In this document: positions 54,885 through 64,000 of the stretch, piece after piece
Numbering within the stretch: position 1 is the first letter of the stretch
Layout of the letters: each line of letters opens with the position of its first letter
DNA from: Pseudonocardiales bacterium
GTDB lineage: Bacteria; Actinomycetota; Actinomycetes; Mycobacteriales; QHCD01
NCBI GenBank assembly: GCA_003244255.1
Contig: QHCD01000067.1
Span: forward strand, 2,749-66,748
Length of the DNA: 64,000 nt
Reading direction: 5' to 3'
The notes under the pieces: generated by a model
What the model saw: the letters and a program-made list of their open reading frames with translations, nothing else
Databases searched by the model: none
What the model was told of the DNA's origin: nothing
Translations under genes and position numbers: made by a program

Positions 54885-56842
54885 CCCTGCTGTCCGATCC
54901 GCCGGTCGAGACCCCGATCGGGGCGGTGGTGCGCGACGCCGTGGCCGCCGCGCGCGATGCCGCGCGCGACCACCTGCTCGGCCTGCAGGACGCCGCCGGC
55001 TGGTGGAAGGGCGAGCTCGAGACCAACGTGACCATGGATGCAGAGGATCTGCTGTTGTGGCACATCCTCGGGATCCGAACCGACCCGCAGACCGAGCGGG
55101 CGGCGGTGTGGATCCGATCCCAGCAGCGGTCCGACGGCAGCTGGGCGCTGTATTTCGGCGGCCCCGGCGACCTCTCGACCACGATCGAGGCCTACGTCGC
55201 GCTGCGTCTGGCCGGCGACCAGCCCGAGGCAGCGCACATGCTCGCGGCGGCGAGCTTCGCCCGCGCGCAGGGCGGCGTCGAGTCCAGCCGGGTGTTCACC
55301 CGGATCTGGCTCGCAATGGTCGGACAGTGGCCCTGGGACGACGTGCCCACCCTGCCACCGGAGATGATCTTCGCGCCGTCGTGGCTGCCGCTCTCCGTCT
55401 ACGACTACGGCTGCTGGGCCCGGCAGACGATCGTCCCGCTGTGCATCGTCAGCGCGCTGCGGCCCGTGCACCCCCTGCCGTTCGGCGTCGCCGAGCTGCG
55501 CACCGGGTCGCCGCGCCCCACGAGCAAGCCTCGGCTGTCATGGGCGCGCGGCTTCGACGTGCTCGATCGCGCGCTGCGGACCTACGGCAAGCGGCCGGTG
55601 CGCCGCCTACGCGAGGCCGCGATGGCCGCGTGCGCGGAGTGGATCGTCGCCCGCCAAGAGGCCGACGGCTCGTGGGGCGGCATCCAGCCGCCATGGGTGT
55701 ACTCGCTGATCGCGCTGCGCACCCTCGGGTACCCGCTGGACCATCCGGTCGTCGCCGCCGGCATCGCCGGGCTCGACGGCTTCACCATCGACGACGAGCG
55801 CGGACGCCGGCTCGAGGCGTGCCAGTCGCCGGTGTGGGACACCGCGCTCGCGATGATCGCCCTGTCCGACGCCGGCCTGCCGCCCGATCACACCGCCCTG
55901 CTGCGCGGCGCCCGTTGGCTGGTGGCCGAGGAGATCCACGAACGCGGCGACTGGGCCGTGCAGCGACCGCACCTCGAGCCGGGCGGCTGGGCCTTCGAGT
56001 TCGCCAACGACGGCTACCCCGACATCGACGACACCGCCGAGATCGTGCTGGCCCTGCGCCGGGTCGACGCCGGGCGGGTCAGCGGGCTCGCCGGTGCCCT
56101 GCGGCGCGGCGTGACGTGGTCGACCGGCATGCAGAGCGCGGACGGTGGCTGGGGCGCCTTCGACGCCGACAACACCCGCGAGCTCGCCTACGCCATCCCG
56201 TTCGCCGACTTCGGCGCCATGATCGACCCGCCGTCGGCTGACGTCACGGCTCACGTCGTCGAGATGCTCGCCGCCGAGGGCCGCGGCGCCACCCCGGCCG
56301 CGCGGCGGGGGATCGCGTGGCTGCTCGCCGCGCAGGAGGACGACGGGTCGTGGTTCGGACGGTGGGGCGCCAACCACGTCTACGGCACCGGCGCGGTGAT
56401 CCCGGCCCTGGTCGCTGCCGGCATCGGGGGTGAGCATCCCGCCGTCGCCCGCGGCGTCGCATGGTTGCACTCGGTACAGAACGACGACGGCGGGTGGGGC
56501 GAGGACCTTCGGTCCTACCGCGATCCTGCCTGGCGCGGGCGCGGAGTCTCGACGGCGTCGCAGACCGCCTGGGCGCTGCTCGCCCTGCTTGCCGCGGGCG
56601 AGCTTGGCGAGCCGTCCGAACGCGGCATCGGATGGCTCGCGCAGACCCAGCGACCGGACGGCAGCTGGGACGAGCCGCAGTTCACCGGCACCGGCTTCCC
56701 CGGCGACTTCTACCTGAACTACCACCTGTACCGCCTGGTGTTCCCGCTCAGTGCGCTGGGTCGTTACGTTCAGCTGGTGACCGAGCGACGACGCGGGCGC
56801 GCCGACCAGCCTGTTGTGTGCACGGGAAGGATGGCGCCGTGA
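54881..56842 (+). CDS. shc: Squalene--hopene cyclase
   Basis: QW repeats, YPDIDDTA (DxDD), GGIQPP, GTGFP. Confidence 0.97.
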   Translation: MTLLSDPPVETPIGAVVRDAVAAARDAARDHLLGLQDAAGWWKGELETNVTMDAEDLLLWHILGIRTDPQTERAAVWIRSQQRSDGSWALYFGGPGDLSTTIEAYVALRLAGDQPEAAHMLAAASFARAQGGVESSRVFTRIWLAMVGQWPWDDVPTLPPEMIFAPSWLPLSVYDYGCWARQTIVPLCIVSALRPVHPLPFGVAELRTGSPRPTSKPRLSWARGFDVLDRALRTYGKRPVRRLREAAMAACAEWIVARQEADGSWGGIQPPWVYSLIALRTLGYPLDHPVVAAGIAGLDGFTIDDERGRRLEACQSPVWDTALAMIALSDAGLPPDHTALLRGARWLVAEEIHERGDWAVQRPHLEPGGWAFEFANDGYPDIDDTAEIVLALRRVDAGRVSGLAGALRRGVTWSTGMQSADGGWGAFDADNTRELAYAIPFADFGAMIDPPSADVTAHVVEMLAAEGRGATPAARRGIAWLLAAQEDDGSWFGRWGANHVYGTGAVIPALVAAGIGGEHPAVARGVAWLHSVQNDDGGWGEDLRSYRDPAWRGRGVSTASQTAWALLALLAAGELGEPSERGIGWLAQTQRPDGSWDEPQFTGTGFPGDFYLNYHLYRLVFPLSALGRYVQLVTERRRGRADQPVVCTGRMAP

Positions 56843-58341
56843 CCCTGCTCGTCTACGCGCCGCTGTGGATCGAGGCGCGCACGGTTGCGCCCGGCCTGCC
56901 GCGTGCGCGGGTCGTGCACTCGGGGATGGGACCGCTGCGGGCGCACTCCGCCGCGGCATCGCTGTGGCAGGAGGCCGGCCCCGACGACCCCGTCGCCGTG
57001 ATCGGTTTCGGCGGCGCGCTGCGGCCCGGGCTGCGGCCCGGTGATGTCGTGGTGGCCAGTGAGGTTCGCGGCGGCGACCGCGTCGTTGCCTGCCCGACGG
57101 CGCCGGTGCTGGCCGCGGAGCTGCGCCGCCTCGGGATGACCGTGCACATCGGGCCCGTGTTGACGGTCGACGCCGTGGTGCGTCGTAAGGACGATCGGGC
57201 CGCACTCGCCGAGACCGGCGCGATCGCCATCGACATGGAATCCGCGGCTTTCCTCGACCTAGTCGGTGATCGGCCACGGGCGGTCGTGCGGGTGATCGTC
57301 GACGGGCCGGACCGTCCGCTGGTCAGTCCGGCCACCGTGCGCACCGGGTTTCACGCCCGCCGGGTGCTGGCCCGAGCCGCGACTGCACTGCAGACCTGGG
57401 CCGACGCCTGCGCCCCCCGGTCGATCCGGCTGGCGGGACCGAGATCGTTCTGCGCCGGAGTCGAACGCGCGATCGCCGTCGTCGAGGCTGCGCTGAAGCA
57501 GTACGGCGCGCCGGTGTACGTGCGCAAGCAGATCGTGCACAACATCCACGTGGTGCGCGATCTCGAGGAGCGCGGCGCGGTCTTCGTCGACGAGGTGTCC
57601 GAAGCGCCGGACGGTTCGACACTCGTGTTCTCCGCGCACGGCGTCGCGCCCCAGGTCCGCGACGAGGCGGCGGCGCGTGGTCTCGACGTCATCGACGCCA
57701 CCTGCCCGCTGGTCAGCAAGGTGCACGCCGAGGCGCGCCGGTTCGCCGCGCGCGGCGACACGATCGTGCTGATCGGCCACCGTGGGCACGAGGAGGTCGA
57801 GGGCACGACCGGCGAGGCGCCCGATCAGGTCGTGCTCGTCGAGAGCGTCGACGGCGTCGCGGCACTCGACGTTCCCGACCCCGACCGCGTGTCGTACCTG
57901 ATGCAGACCACCCTTGCCGTCGACGAGTCACACGACATCGTCGGGGCGTTGCGCGAGCGGTTCCCCAACCTGCACGGGCCGTCCTCGGATGACATCTGCT
58001 ACGCGACGACGAACCGGCAGGCCGCAGTTCGGGAGGTCGCCCGGGCGTCGGACATCGTGCTCGTCGTCGGCTCGGGCAACTCGTCGAACTCCCGCCGACT
58101 GGTTGAGCTTGCCAGCCGCGAATGCGGTGAGGCGTACCTGATCGACGACGAGCACGACATCCTGCCGGGTTACCTCGCCGGTCGGCGTACCGTCGGGCTG
58201 TCGGCCGGCGCCTCCGCCCCCCCAGCTCTGGTCGAGCGCGTGGTTGACACCCTTGCCGGGTTCGGCCCGATCGAACGGCTCGAGCACAACGTCGTCACCG
58301 AATCAGTGGAGTTCTCGTTGCCCAAGGAGGTCAGCCGGTGA
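56839..58341 (+). CDS. ispH: Fusion of an HpnG-like nucleosidase/phosphorylase domain and HMBPP reductase IspH
   Basis: N-part SGMG, GFGGAL, AIDMESA; C-part RSFCAGVERAI, DATCPLV.KVH, ICYATTNRQ, SSNS, AGASAP; no stop between them. Confidence 0.9.
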   Translation: MTLLVYAPLWIEARTVAPGLPRARVVHSGMGPLRAHSAAASLWQEAGPDDPVAVIGFGGALRPGLRPGDVVVASEVRGGDRVVACPTAPVLAAELRRLGMTVHIGPVLTVDAVVRRKDDRAALAETGAIAIDMESAAFLDLVGDRPRAVVRVIVDGPDRPLVSPATVRTGFHARRVLARAATALQTWADACAPRSIRLAGPRSFCAGVERAIAVVEAALKQYGAPVYVRKQIVHNIHVVRDLEERGAVFVDEVSEAPDGSTLVFSAHGVAPQVRDEAAARGLDVIDATCPLVSKVHAEARRFAARGDTIVLIGHRGHEEVEGTTGEAPDQVVLVESVDGVAALDVPDPDRVSYLMQTTLAVDESHDIVGALRERFPNLHGPSSDDICYATTNRQAAVREVARASDIVLVVGSGNSSNSRRLVELASRECGEAYLIDDEHDILPGYLAGRRTVGLSAGASAPPALVERVVDTLAGFGPIERLEHNVVTESVEFSLPKEVSR

Positions 58342-59348
58342 GCATTCCGGTGCGCCAGAGCGCACGGATCGGCGCGTACATCTTCAAGCAGAAGATCACC
58401 CGGACGAAGAAGTTCCCGTTGATCGTGGAGCTGGAACCGCTTTTCGCCTGCAACCTCAAGTGTGTCGGCTGCGGAAAGATCCAGCACCCGGCCGACACGC
58501 TGAGGCAGCGAATGCCTGTGGAACAGGCGATCGGGGCGATCGAGGAGTGCGGCGCGCCGATGGTGTCGATCGCGGGCGGCGAACCGCTGATGCATCCCGA
58601 CATCGACGTGATGGTCAACGAGCTGGTCAAGCGCAAGAAGTTCGTCTACCTGTGCACCAACGCGGTGCTGCTGCGCAAGCGCATCGACCGGTTCGACTTC
58701 AAGCCGTCGCCGTACTTCGCGTTCGTCGTGCACATCGACGGGCTGCGCGAGCGGCACGACGAATCGGTGAGCAAGGAGGGTGTGTTCGACGAGGCGATCG
58801 CCGCGATCCGCGAGCTGCAGCGCCGGGGCTTCCGCGTGCACACCAACTCCACGTTCTTCAACACCGATACGCCGCAGACGATCATCGACGTTCTGGACTT
58901 CCTGAACGACGAGGTCAAGGTGGACCAGATGATGATCTCGCCGGCGTATGCGTATGAGAAAGCGCCCGACCAGGACCACTTCCTCGGTGTCGAGGAGACC
59001 CGCGAGCTGTTCCGCAAGTCGTTCGCCGACGGCCGGCGCAAGAAGTGGCGACTGAACCATTCGCCGCTGTTCCTCGACTTCCTCGAGGGCAAGGTCGATT
59101 ACGAATGCACGGCGTGGGGCATCCCGTCGTACTCGCTGTTCGGCTGGCAGCGGCCCTGCTACCTGATGTCCGACGGCTACGCCAAGACGTACAAGGAGCT
59201 GGTCGAGGACACCGACTGGAGCAAGTACGGCCGCGGCCGCGACGATCGCTGCAACAACTGCATGGCGCACTGCGGCTACGAGCCGACCGCCGTCCTCGCG
59301 ACGATGGGGTCGCTGAAGGAGTCGCTGCGCGCGGTTGTGGAGCACTAG
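58338..59348 (+). CDS. hpnH: Adenosylhopane-forming radical SAM enzyme
   Basis: LEPLFACNLKCVGCGKI, GGEPL, C.NCMAHCGYE. Confidence 0.95.
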   Translation: MSIPVRQSARIGAYIFKQKITRTKKFPLIVELEPLFACNLKCVGCGKIQHPADTLRQRMPVEQAIGAIEECGAPMVSIAGGEPLMHPDIDVMVNELVKRKKFVYLCTNAVLLRKRIDRFDFKPSPYFAFVVHIDGLRERHDESVSKEGVFDEAIAAIRELQRRGFRVHTNSTFFNTDTPQTIIDVLDFLNDEVKVDQMMISPAYAYEKAPDQDHFLGVEETRELFRKSFADGRRKKWRLNHSPLFLDFLEGKVDYECTAWGIPSYSLFGWQRPCYLMSDGYAKTYKELVEDTDWSKYGRGRDDRCNNCMAHCGYEPTAVLATMGSLKESLRAVVEH

Positions 59349-59495
59349 CACGCTTGGGCTGACCGTGTCGGTATCGCCGGCCATGCGCTGCGGTCATAAT
59401 TACCCGCTCAGCGGATGGGCGTCCCGACGGTCACCATGTTTCGGCGGGCGCTGGTCGGTATCCTCCCGCGTGCTGCCGGCGCCTATCCTGTGCGC

Positions 59496-60533
59496 ATGAG
59501 ATCGGCCCATGGCGGCGTGCTGCCGCCGCCGTCGTTGGGTCGATGGTTCACCAGCTGGCAGCTCGAACCCGGCGTCCTGATCCCGCTGCTGCTGGTGCTC
59601 GCCCTCTACCTGTGGGGGGTGCTGCGGGTCGCGCGGCGGCACCCGAACCGGCCGTGGCCAAAGACCCGGACCGGGCTGTTCGTCGCCGGTCTCGCGGTCG
59701 TCGGCTATTCGACAATGGCGATTCTCGGCGTCTACGACGACGCGCTGTTCTGGATGCACATGGTCCAGCACCTGGCGCTGATCATGGTCGCGCCGGCGTT
59801 GCTGGTCGGCGGACGACCGATCATCCTGGCCATGCACGCGAGCCGGAATCCGTTGCACGGCTGGATAAGGCGGGTCGTGCGCTCACGGATCGTCACCGCG
59901 ATCACCTGCCCGCCGATCGCGGCGGCGCTCTACGCCGTCGTCATCGTGGCGACCCATCTGACCGGGCTGATGACCGTCGTGATGACCCACAGGTGGGCGC
60001 ACGACGGCGAGCACCTGCTCTATCTCGTCGCGGGCTATCTGTACTTCCTGCCGATCGTCGGCGACGAGCCGATCCGCTGGCGGCCTTCGCATGCGGCCCG
60101 GCTGATGCTGGTGCTGTTCACGATGCCGGTCGACACCTTCACCGGAATCGCGCTGATGACGACCAACCGGCCGACCGCCGGCATGGACCACATGCAGCCG
60201 CGCAGCTGGGGTCCGAGCATGCTCTCGGACCTGCACACCGGCGGTGCGGTGATGTGGGTGGTCGGCGACGGCCTGATGCTGGTGCTGATCCTGGTGGCCT
60301 TCGCTGCCTGGGCGCGCGAGGGCGACAGCCGCGGGCGCAGCGGCCTCGGGTGGATGGAACGTGCCCGGGAGCAGACGCTCGCCGCGCGCACGGCCGCGCC
60401 CAGTGCAGCCGTCGCGACTGGCCGCCGGCTCCCGTCAGCGGACGACGACGACGCGCTCGCGGCCTACAACGCCTGGCTCGGGCGGCTCGCCGGCCGCGAC
60501 GATCAGCCGAACCGGCGCGACATCCGCCGGTAG
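59496..60533 (+). CDS. Cytochrome c oxidase assembly protein (Caa3_CtaG family)
   Basis: YDDALFWMHMVQHL, GGAVMW. Confidence 0.85.
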   Translation: MRSAHGGVLPPPSLGRWFTSWQLEPGVLIPLLLVLALYLWGVLRVARRHPNRPWPKTRTGLFVAGLAVVGYSTMAILGVYDDALFWMHMVQHLALIMVAPALLVGGRPIILAMHASRNPLHGWIRRVVRSRIVTAITCPPIAAALYAVVIVATHLTGLMTVVMTHRWAHDGEHLLYLVAGYLYFLPIVGDEPIRWRPSHAARLMLVLFTMPVDTFTGIALMTTNRPTAGMDHMQPRSWGPSMLSDLHTGGAVMWVVGDGLMLVLILVAFAAWAREGDSRGRSGLGWMERAREQTLAARTAAPSAAVATGRRLPSADDDDALAAYNAWLGRLAGRDDQPNRRDIRR

Positions 60534-61255
60534 ACCCCCGGCGCCACGCCGTGCAGGCGGACGGCGAGTTCCAGCCACCGGGGAACCGTCACCCTTGCCC
60601 GTTCCGTGGCCACGGCGCGCGCGACCGCCCGGCCGACTCGCACCGGGCGTACCGGCCGCGGGAAGGCTCGGTCGTAGTCGCGGCCACGGCGGCGGAAGAA
60701 CTCGGTGTCGACGGCGCCTGGCACCACCAGCGTCGTTCCCACGCCGGTGCCGGCCAGCTCGTCGGCGAGGCTGTCCAGGAACGCCGCCAGGCCGCCCTTC
60801 GCGGCCGAGTAGACGGACTCCTCGCGAACGCCGACCAGGCCGGCGATCGAGCCAACCAGGGCGACATGGCCATGACCCGCGGCGAGCATCTGCGGCAGCA
60901 CGGCGCGGGTCAGCGCGATCGGGGCATACAGGTCGAGCGCGAGCAGCTCGGCGATCCGGGGTGGTGGCAGGTCCGTCAGCGCGGCGGCGTGTCCGACGCC
61001 GGCACAGTGCACCAGCAGGTCGATGCGGCCGAGGGACGCCGTGGACTCGTCGACCAGCGCGACGATGCCGGCATCGTCGCTGAGGTCGGCCGGTACCGCC
61101 GTCGCCGCCAGTCGGCCCGCGAGGGTCCGGAGCCGCTCGCCGTCCCGGCCGGTGAGCGCGAGCCGGGCGCCACGCGCGGACAGCGCCTCCGCCACGGCCG
61201 TACCGATTCCGCCGGTCGCTCCGGTCACCAGAGCGCGTGACCCGCGAAGCTGCAT
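60503..61255 (-). CDS. Short-chain dehydrogenase/reductase
   Basis: TGATGGIG, YSAAK, PGAVDT. Confidence 0.93.
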   Translation of the reverse strand: MQLRGSRALVTGATGGIGTAVAEALSARGARLALTGRDGERLRTLAGRLAATAVPADLSDDAGIVALVDESTASLGRIDLLVHCAGVGHAAALTDLPPPRIAELLALDLYAPIALTRAVLPQMLAAGHGHVALVGSIAGLVGVREESVYSAAKGGLAAFLDSLADELAGTGVGTTLVVPGAVDTEFFRRRGRDYDRAFPRPVRPVRVGRAVARAVATERARVTVPRWLELAVRLHGVAPGVYRRMSRRFG

Positions 61256-61366
61256 GTCGCGTCCCGTCCTGTCGCTGCCGGTATCGTCAATCGTTCCGAC
61301 GTCGACCGCGCAGGCTACCCTGGCCGAACCGGCCGGGCGGCCGGTGGAGGGACGGCATCCGCGCGC

Positions 61367-62245
61367 GTGACCTTCGTCATCATCTTGTCGGCGGCCTTCT
61401 GCATCGGGCTGGGATTCGTGCTGCAGCAGCGGGCCGCATCGCAGGCGCCGCGAGCTGACCTGCTGACCTACCGCCTGCTGCTGCACCTGATCCGCAAGCC
61501 CCGCTGGCTCGCGGGTATCGCGGCGATGGCCGCCGGGCAGGTGCTCGGCGCGATCGCGCTCCGCCGCGCCGACGTAACGCTGGTCGAGCCGCTGCTCACC
61601 TGCAATCTGCTGTTCGCGCTCGCCCTCGCCCGCGCGTTCGCCGCCCCGGCACTGGGCAAACGGGAGTGGATCGGCGCGTTCGTCCTGGTATTCGGCGTCT
61701 CGGCGTTCGTCGTCGCCGCGGATCCCGGCTCGACCTACACGCCATTGGACGGCGTGGGTCCGCTCGCCGTCGTCGCCAGCCTGGGTGCGATCGCGGCGGG
61801 GCTGGTCGCCGCGTCCCGGAGATGCCGCTCGAGCGGGGGTCGGGCCGCGTTTCTCGCCGGCGGGGCGGGCACCCTCTACGGGCTGCAGGATGGCTTCACC
61901 CGCCGAGCCATGCTGCAGCTCGATGACGGAGTCCTGCGGCTGGCGCTGTCCTGGTGGACCTATGCCGTCATCGCCGTCGCCGTGGTGAGCCTGCTGCTGG
62001 CGCAGAGCGCATTCGGCGCTGCGCCGCTGTCGGCTTCGTTGCCGGTGCTGACGGTGGCCGAGCCGTTGTCGGGAATCGCGCTCGGTGTCGGGATGTTCGG
62101 GGAGGTTGTGAGGCTCGCCCCGCTCTACCTCGGATTGGAGTCGGCCGGTCTGGTCGCGATGGTGGCCGGCGTCATCTTGCTGAGCCGCTCCCCGCACCTG
62201 CACGTGCACCTCACCCGCCGGCATGCCGCCTCGCAGCCATCATGA
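61367..62245 (+). CDS. DMT-superfamily transporter
   Basis: VLQQRAA, P.WLAG, LVEPLL; about 9 TM segments. Confidence 0.85.
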   Translation: MTFVIILSAAFCIGLGFVLQQRAASQAPRADLLTYRLLLHLIRKPRWLAGIAAMAAGQVLGAIALRRADVTLVEPLLTCNLLFALALARAFAAPALGKREWIGAFVLVFGVSAFVVAADPGSTYTPLDGVGPLAVVASLGAIAAGLVAASRRCRSSGGRAAFLAGGAGTLYGLQDGFTRRAMLQLDDGVLRLALSWWTYAVIAVAVVSLLLAQSAFGAAPLSASLPVLTVAEPLSGIALGVGMFGEVVRLAPLYLGLESAGLVAMVAGVILLSRSPHLHVHLTRRHAASQPS

Positions 62246-63147
62246 TCGCCGTCCTGTATGCCGTGCTCGCGGCGGCGGGCAACGCCGTCGGCGCCGTGCT
62301 GCAGCGCCGCGCCGCGCGCACGATTCCGCAGAGCGAGACGATGCGCCCCGCGCTGATGCTCGACCTGATCCGCCGGCCGGTGTGGCTCGGCGGCGTGGCG
62401 GCGCTGATCGCCGGATTCCTGTTCCAGGCCGCGGCGCTGTCGGTCGGAGACCTGACACTGGTGCAGCCGATCGTGCTCGCCGAGCTGCCCCTCACCCTCG
62501 TCGTCGCCGGCATCGCCTACCACTCGTTCCTCGACCGCGGTGCCTGGATCGGCGCGATCTGTGTCAGCGTCGGGCTGGCCGCGGTCCTGATCGCCACGGC
62601 GCCCTCGGGCGGGCACCAGTTGAACGGCTCGACGCGGTGGCTGTTCGCCTGTGCCGCGAGCGTTCTGGCGGGCGCGGTGCTCGTCGCCGTCGGCCTGCGC
62701 TTCTCCGGCGGGCGCCGGGCCGTCCTGCTCGGTGCGGCAGCCGGCCTCGGCTTCGGGTTCACGGCGGCGCTGATGAAGGGCGCCATGCTGCAACTGCCAC
62801 ACGGCGTTGATTCCGTCGTCGCCTCCTGGCAGCTGTACACCATGGTCGCCGTTGGGATCGTCAGCTTCTACCTCGCGCAGAACGCCTTGCATGCGGGCAC
62901 CCTGGTCGCCGCGCAACCACCGATCTCGATGTGCGATCCGCTGGTCAGCGTCGGATTCGGGGTACTGCTCTTCGGTGAGGACCTGCGCGCCGGGCTCTGG
63001 CTGCTGCCCGCCCTGCTCGGCGCCATCGTGATCGTGATCGGCAGCATCGCGCTGTCCCGCTCGCCACTGGCCCTCGCCGACGGCGTCGACCATCCACTCC
63101 CAGCAGCCGAGCTAGCCGAGACCGCACCTCGCTGCGAGCTGACCTGA
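62242..63147 (+). CDS. DMT-superfamily transporter, paralog of the upstream gene
   Basis: VLQRRAA, PVWLGG, LVQPI; ATGA overlap. Confidence 0.85.
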   Translation: MIAVLYAVLAAAGNAVGAVLQRRAARTIPQSETMRPALMLDLIRRPVWLGGVAALIAGFLFQAAALSVGDLTLVQPIVLAELPLTLVVAGIAYHSFLDRGAWIGAICVSVGLAAVLIATAPSGGHQLNGSTRWLFACAASVLAGAVLVAVGLRFSGGRRAVLLGAAAGLGFGFTAALMKGAMLQLPHGVDSVVASWQLYTMVAVGIVSFYLAQNALHAGTLVAAQPPISMCDPLVSVGFGVLLFGEDLRAGLWLLPALLGAIVIVIGSIALSRSPLALADGVDHPLPAAELAETAPRCELT

Positions 63148-63264
63148 CCCGGCTGGACGGCGAACGGCGACGGCGGCGGCGCGCCGAACCTGCTGCCACC
63201 ATCGCGGCCTAACGATGTGGCTACGGTGGGGGCGATCTGACCAATCTGGCGCGACGATGGCGCC

Positions 63265-63567
63265 GTGATGCTGGGCTTGCCACCCTGGCGACGGGCGATC
63301 CTGCTTGGATTGCGCGTGCGCACGGTCGCGGTTGCCGTCGCTGGTGCGGCGGCGATCCTCGCCGCCGCGCTGTCATCGGCCGGACTCTTCCTGTCCTCGG
63401 CGTCGTCCGCGTCGCTGCACCGGCTTGTCGCCGCGCGATGTCCAGACGCGGCGTACCCAGCGTTGCGCCCAACATCTGGCCGAGCGTGCCCGTCCGGCAG
63501 CGGTCATGCGACTCGAGCTGTAGGCGAGGTGCCTATGCCGGCGAGTGGCGACGGAGACCCTACGTGA
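63265..63567 (+). pseudogene. Probable N-terminal remnant of an FtsX-like ABC permease
   Basis: PWRRA plus one TM helix plus LFLSS.SSASL, then ends at the ABC ATPase start. Confidence 0.45.
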
Positions 63568-64000
63568 GCGACGGGGAACCACCGCTGGTCGATGTTCGGC
63601 AGGTCTCCAAGTCGTTTCGCGACGGCTCTGGCGAACCGCTGCACGCGGTCCGCAGCCTGTCCATTCAGATCAGCGCCGGCGAAGCTATCGCGTTGGTGGG
63701 CCCGTCCGGCTCGGGCAAGTCAACGGTCCTGCACCTCGTCGGCGCCATGATCAGGCCCGACTCGGGCCGGATCGTCGTCGATGGCGCGGACGTCGCGGCC
63801 ATGACCGGTCGTGACCTTGTTTCCTATCGCCGGACCGTGGGGTTCGTCTTCCAGCGGTTTCAGCTCATCCCGGCTCTCACGGCCATCGGAAACGTCGTCG
63901 CTCCGGTGCTGCCCTACGACGGGAGCCGCGCCGTCCGTAAGCGCGCGGCCGAGCTGCTGGAATCCGTCGGTCTCGGCGATCGTCTGCACGCCTCGCCTTC
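63564..64000 (+). CDS. ABC transporter ATP-binding protein (LolD/MacB-like), runs off window
   Basis: GPSGSGKST, YRRTVGFVFQRFQL. Confidence 0.92.
   Translation, partial: MSDGEPPLVDVRQVSKSFRDGSGEPLHAVRSLSIQISAGEAIALVGPSGSGKSTVLHLVGAMIRPDSGRIVVDGADVAAMTGRDLVSYRRTVGFVFQRFQLIPALTAIGNVVAPVLPYDGSRAVRKRAAELLESVGLGDRLHASP

Noticed and set aside
60503-62224. 573-aa SDR fusion protein
   Set aside because: The N-terminal part is the antisense shadow of the DMT gene; the SDR starts at 61255 after its own RBS

Overview
High-GC actinomycete chromosomal segment. It carries the Pup-proteasome locus (pafA partial, prcA, prcB, pup ending GGE, dop, arc), followed by the syntenic trmI / site-2 protease / RecB-like nuclease / metH / PAC2 / mshC / uppP block, tRNA-Leu(GAG), tdh-kbl, hsp20-MerR, MarR-MFS and a hopanoid operon (hpnC-D-E, prenyl synthase, shc, hpnG-ispH fusion, hpnH). 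Most notable observations: (1) an IS200/IS605 element (32245-34779) sits inside one copy of a dispersed palindromic repeat whose intact copy is at about 17115-17240; its tnpB is gutted and filled with a patchwork of ECF sigma fragments. (2) PafBC-type DNA-damage promoter motifs lie before the RecB-like nuclease, a VOC gene and that tnpB. (3) A 38-bp tandem repeat after metH forms a chain of translationally coupled 13-aa mini-ORFs. (4) An ERCC4 nuclease-Lsr2 fusion splits pup from prcB. (5) An orphan gene with a possible glycosylase-like fold sits next to the tRNA. All calls come from reading motifs and synteny by eye; no database searches were run.
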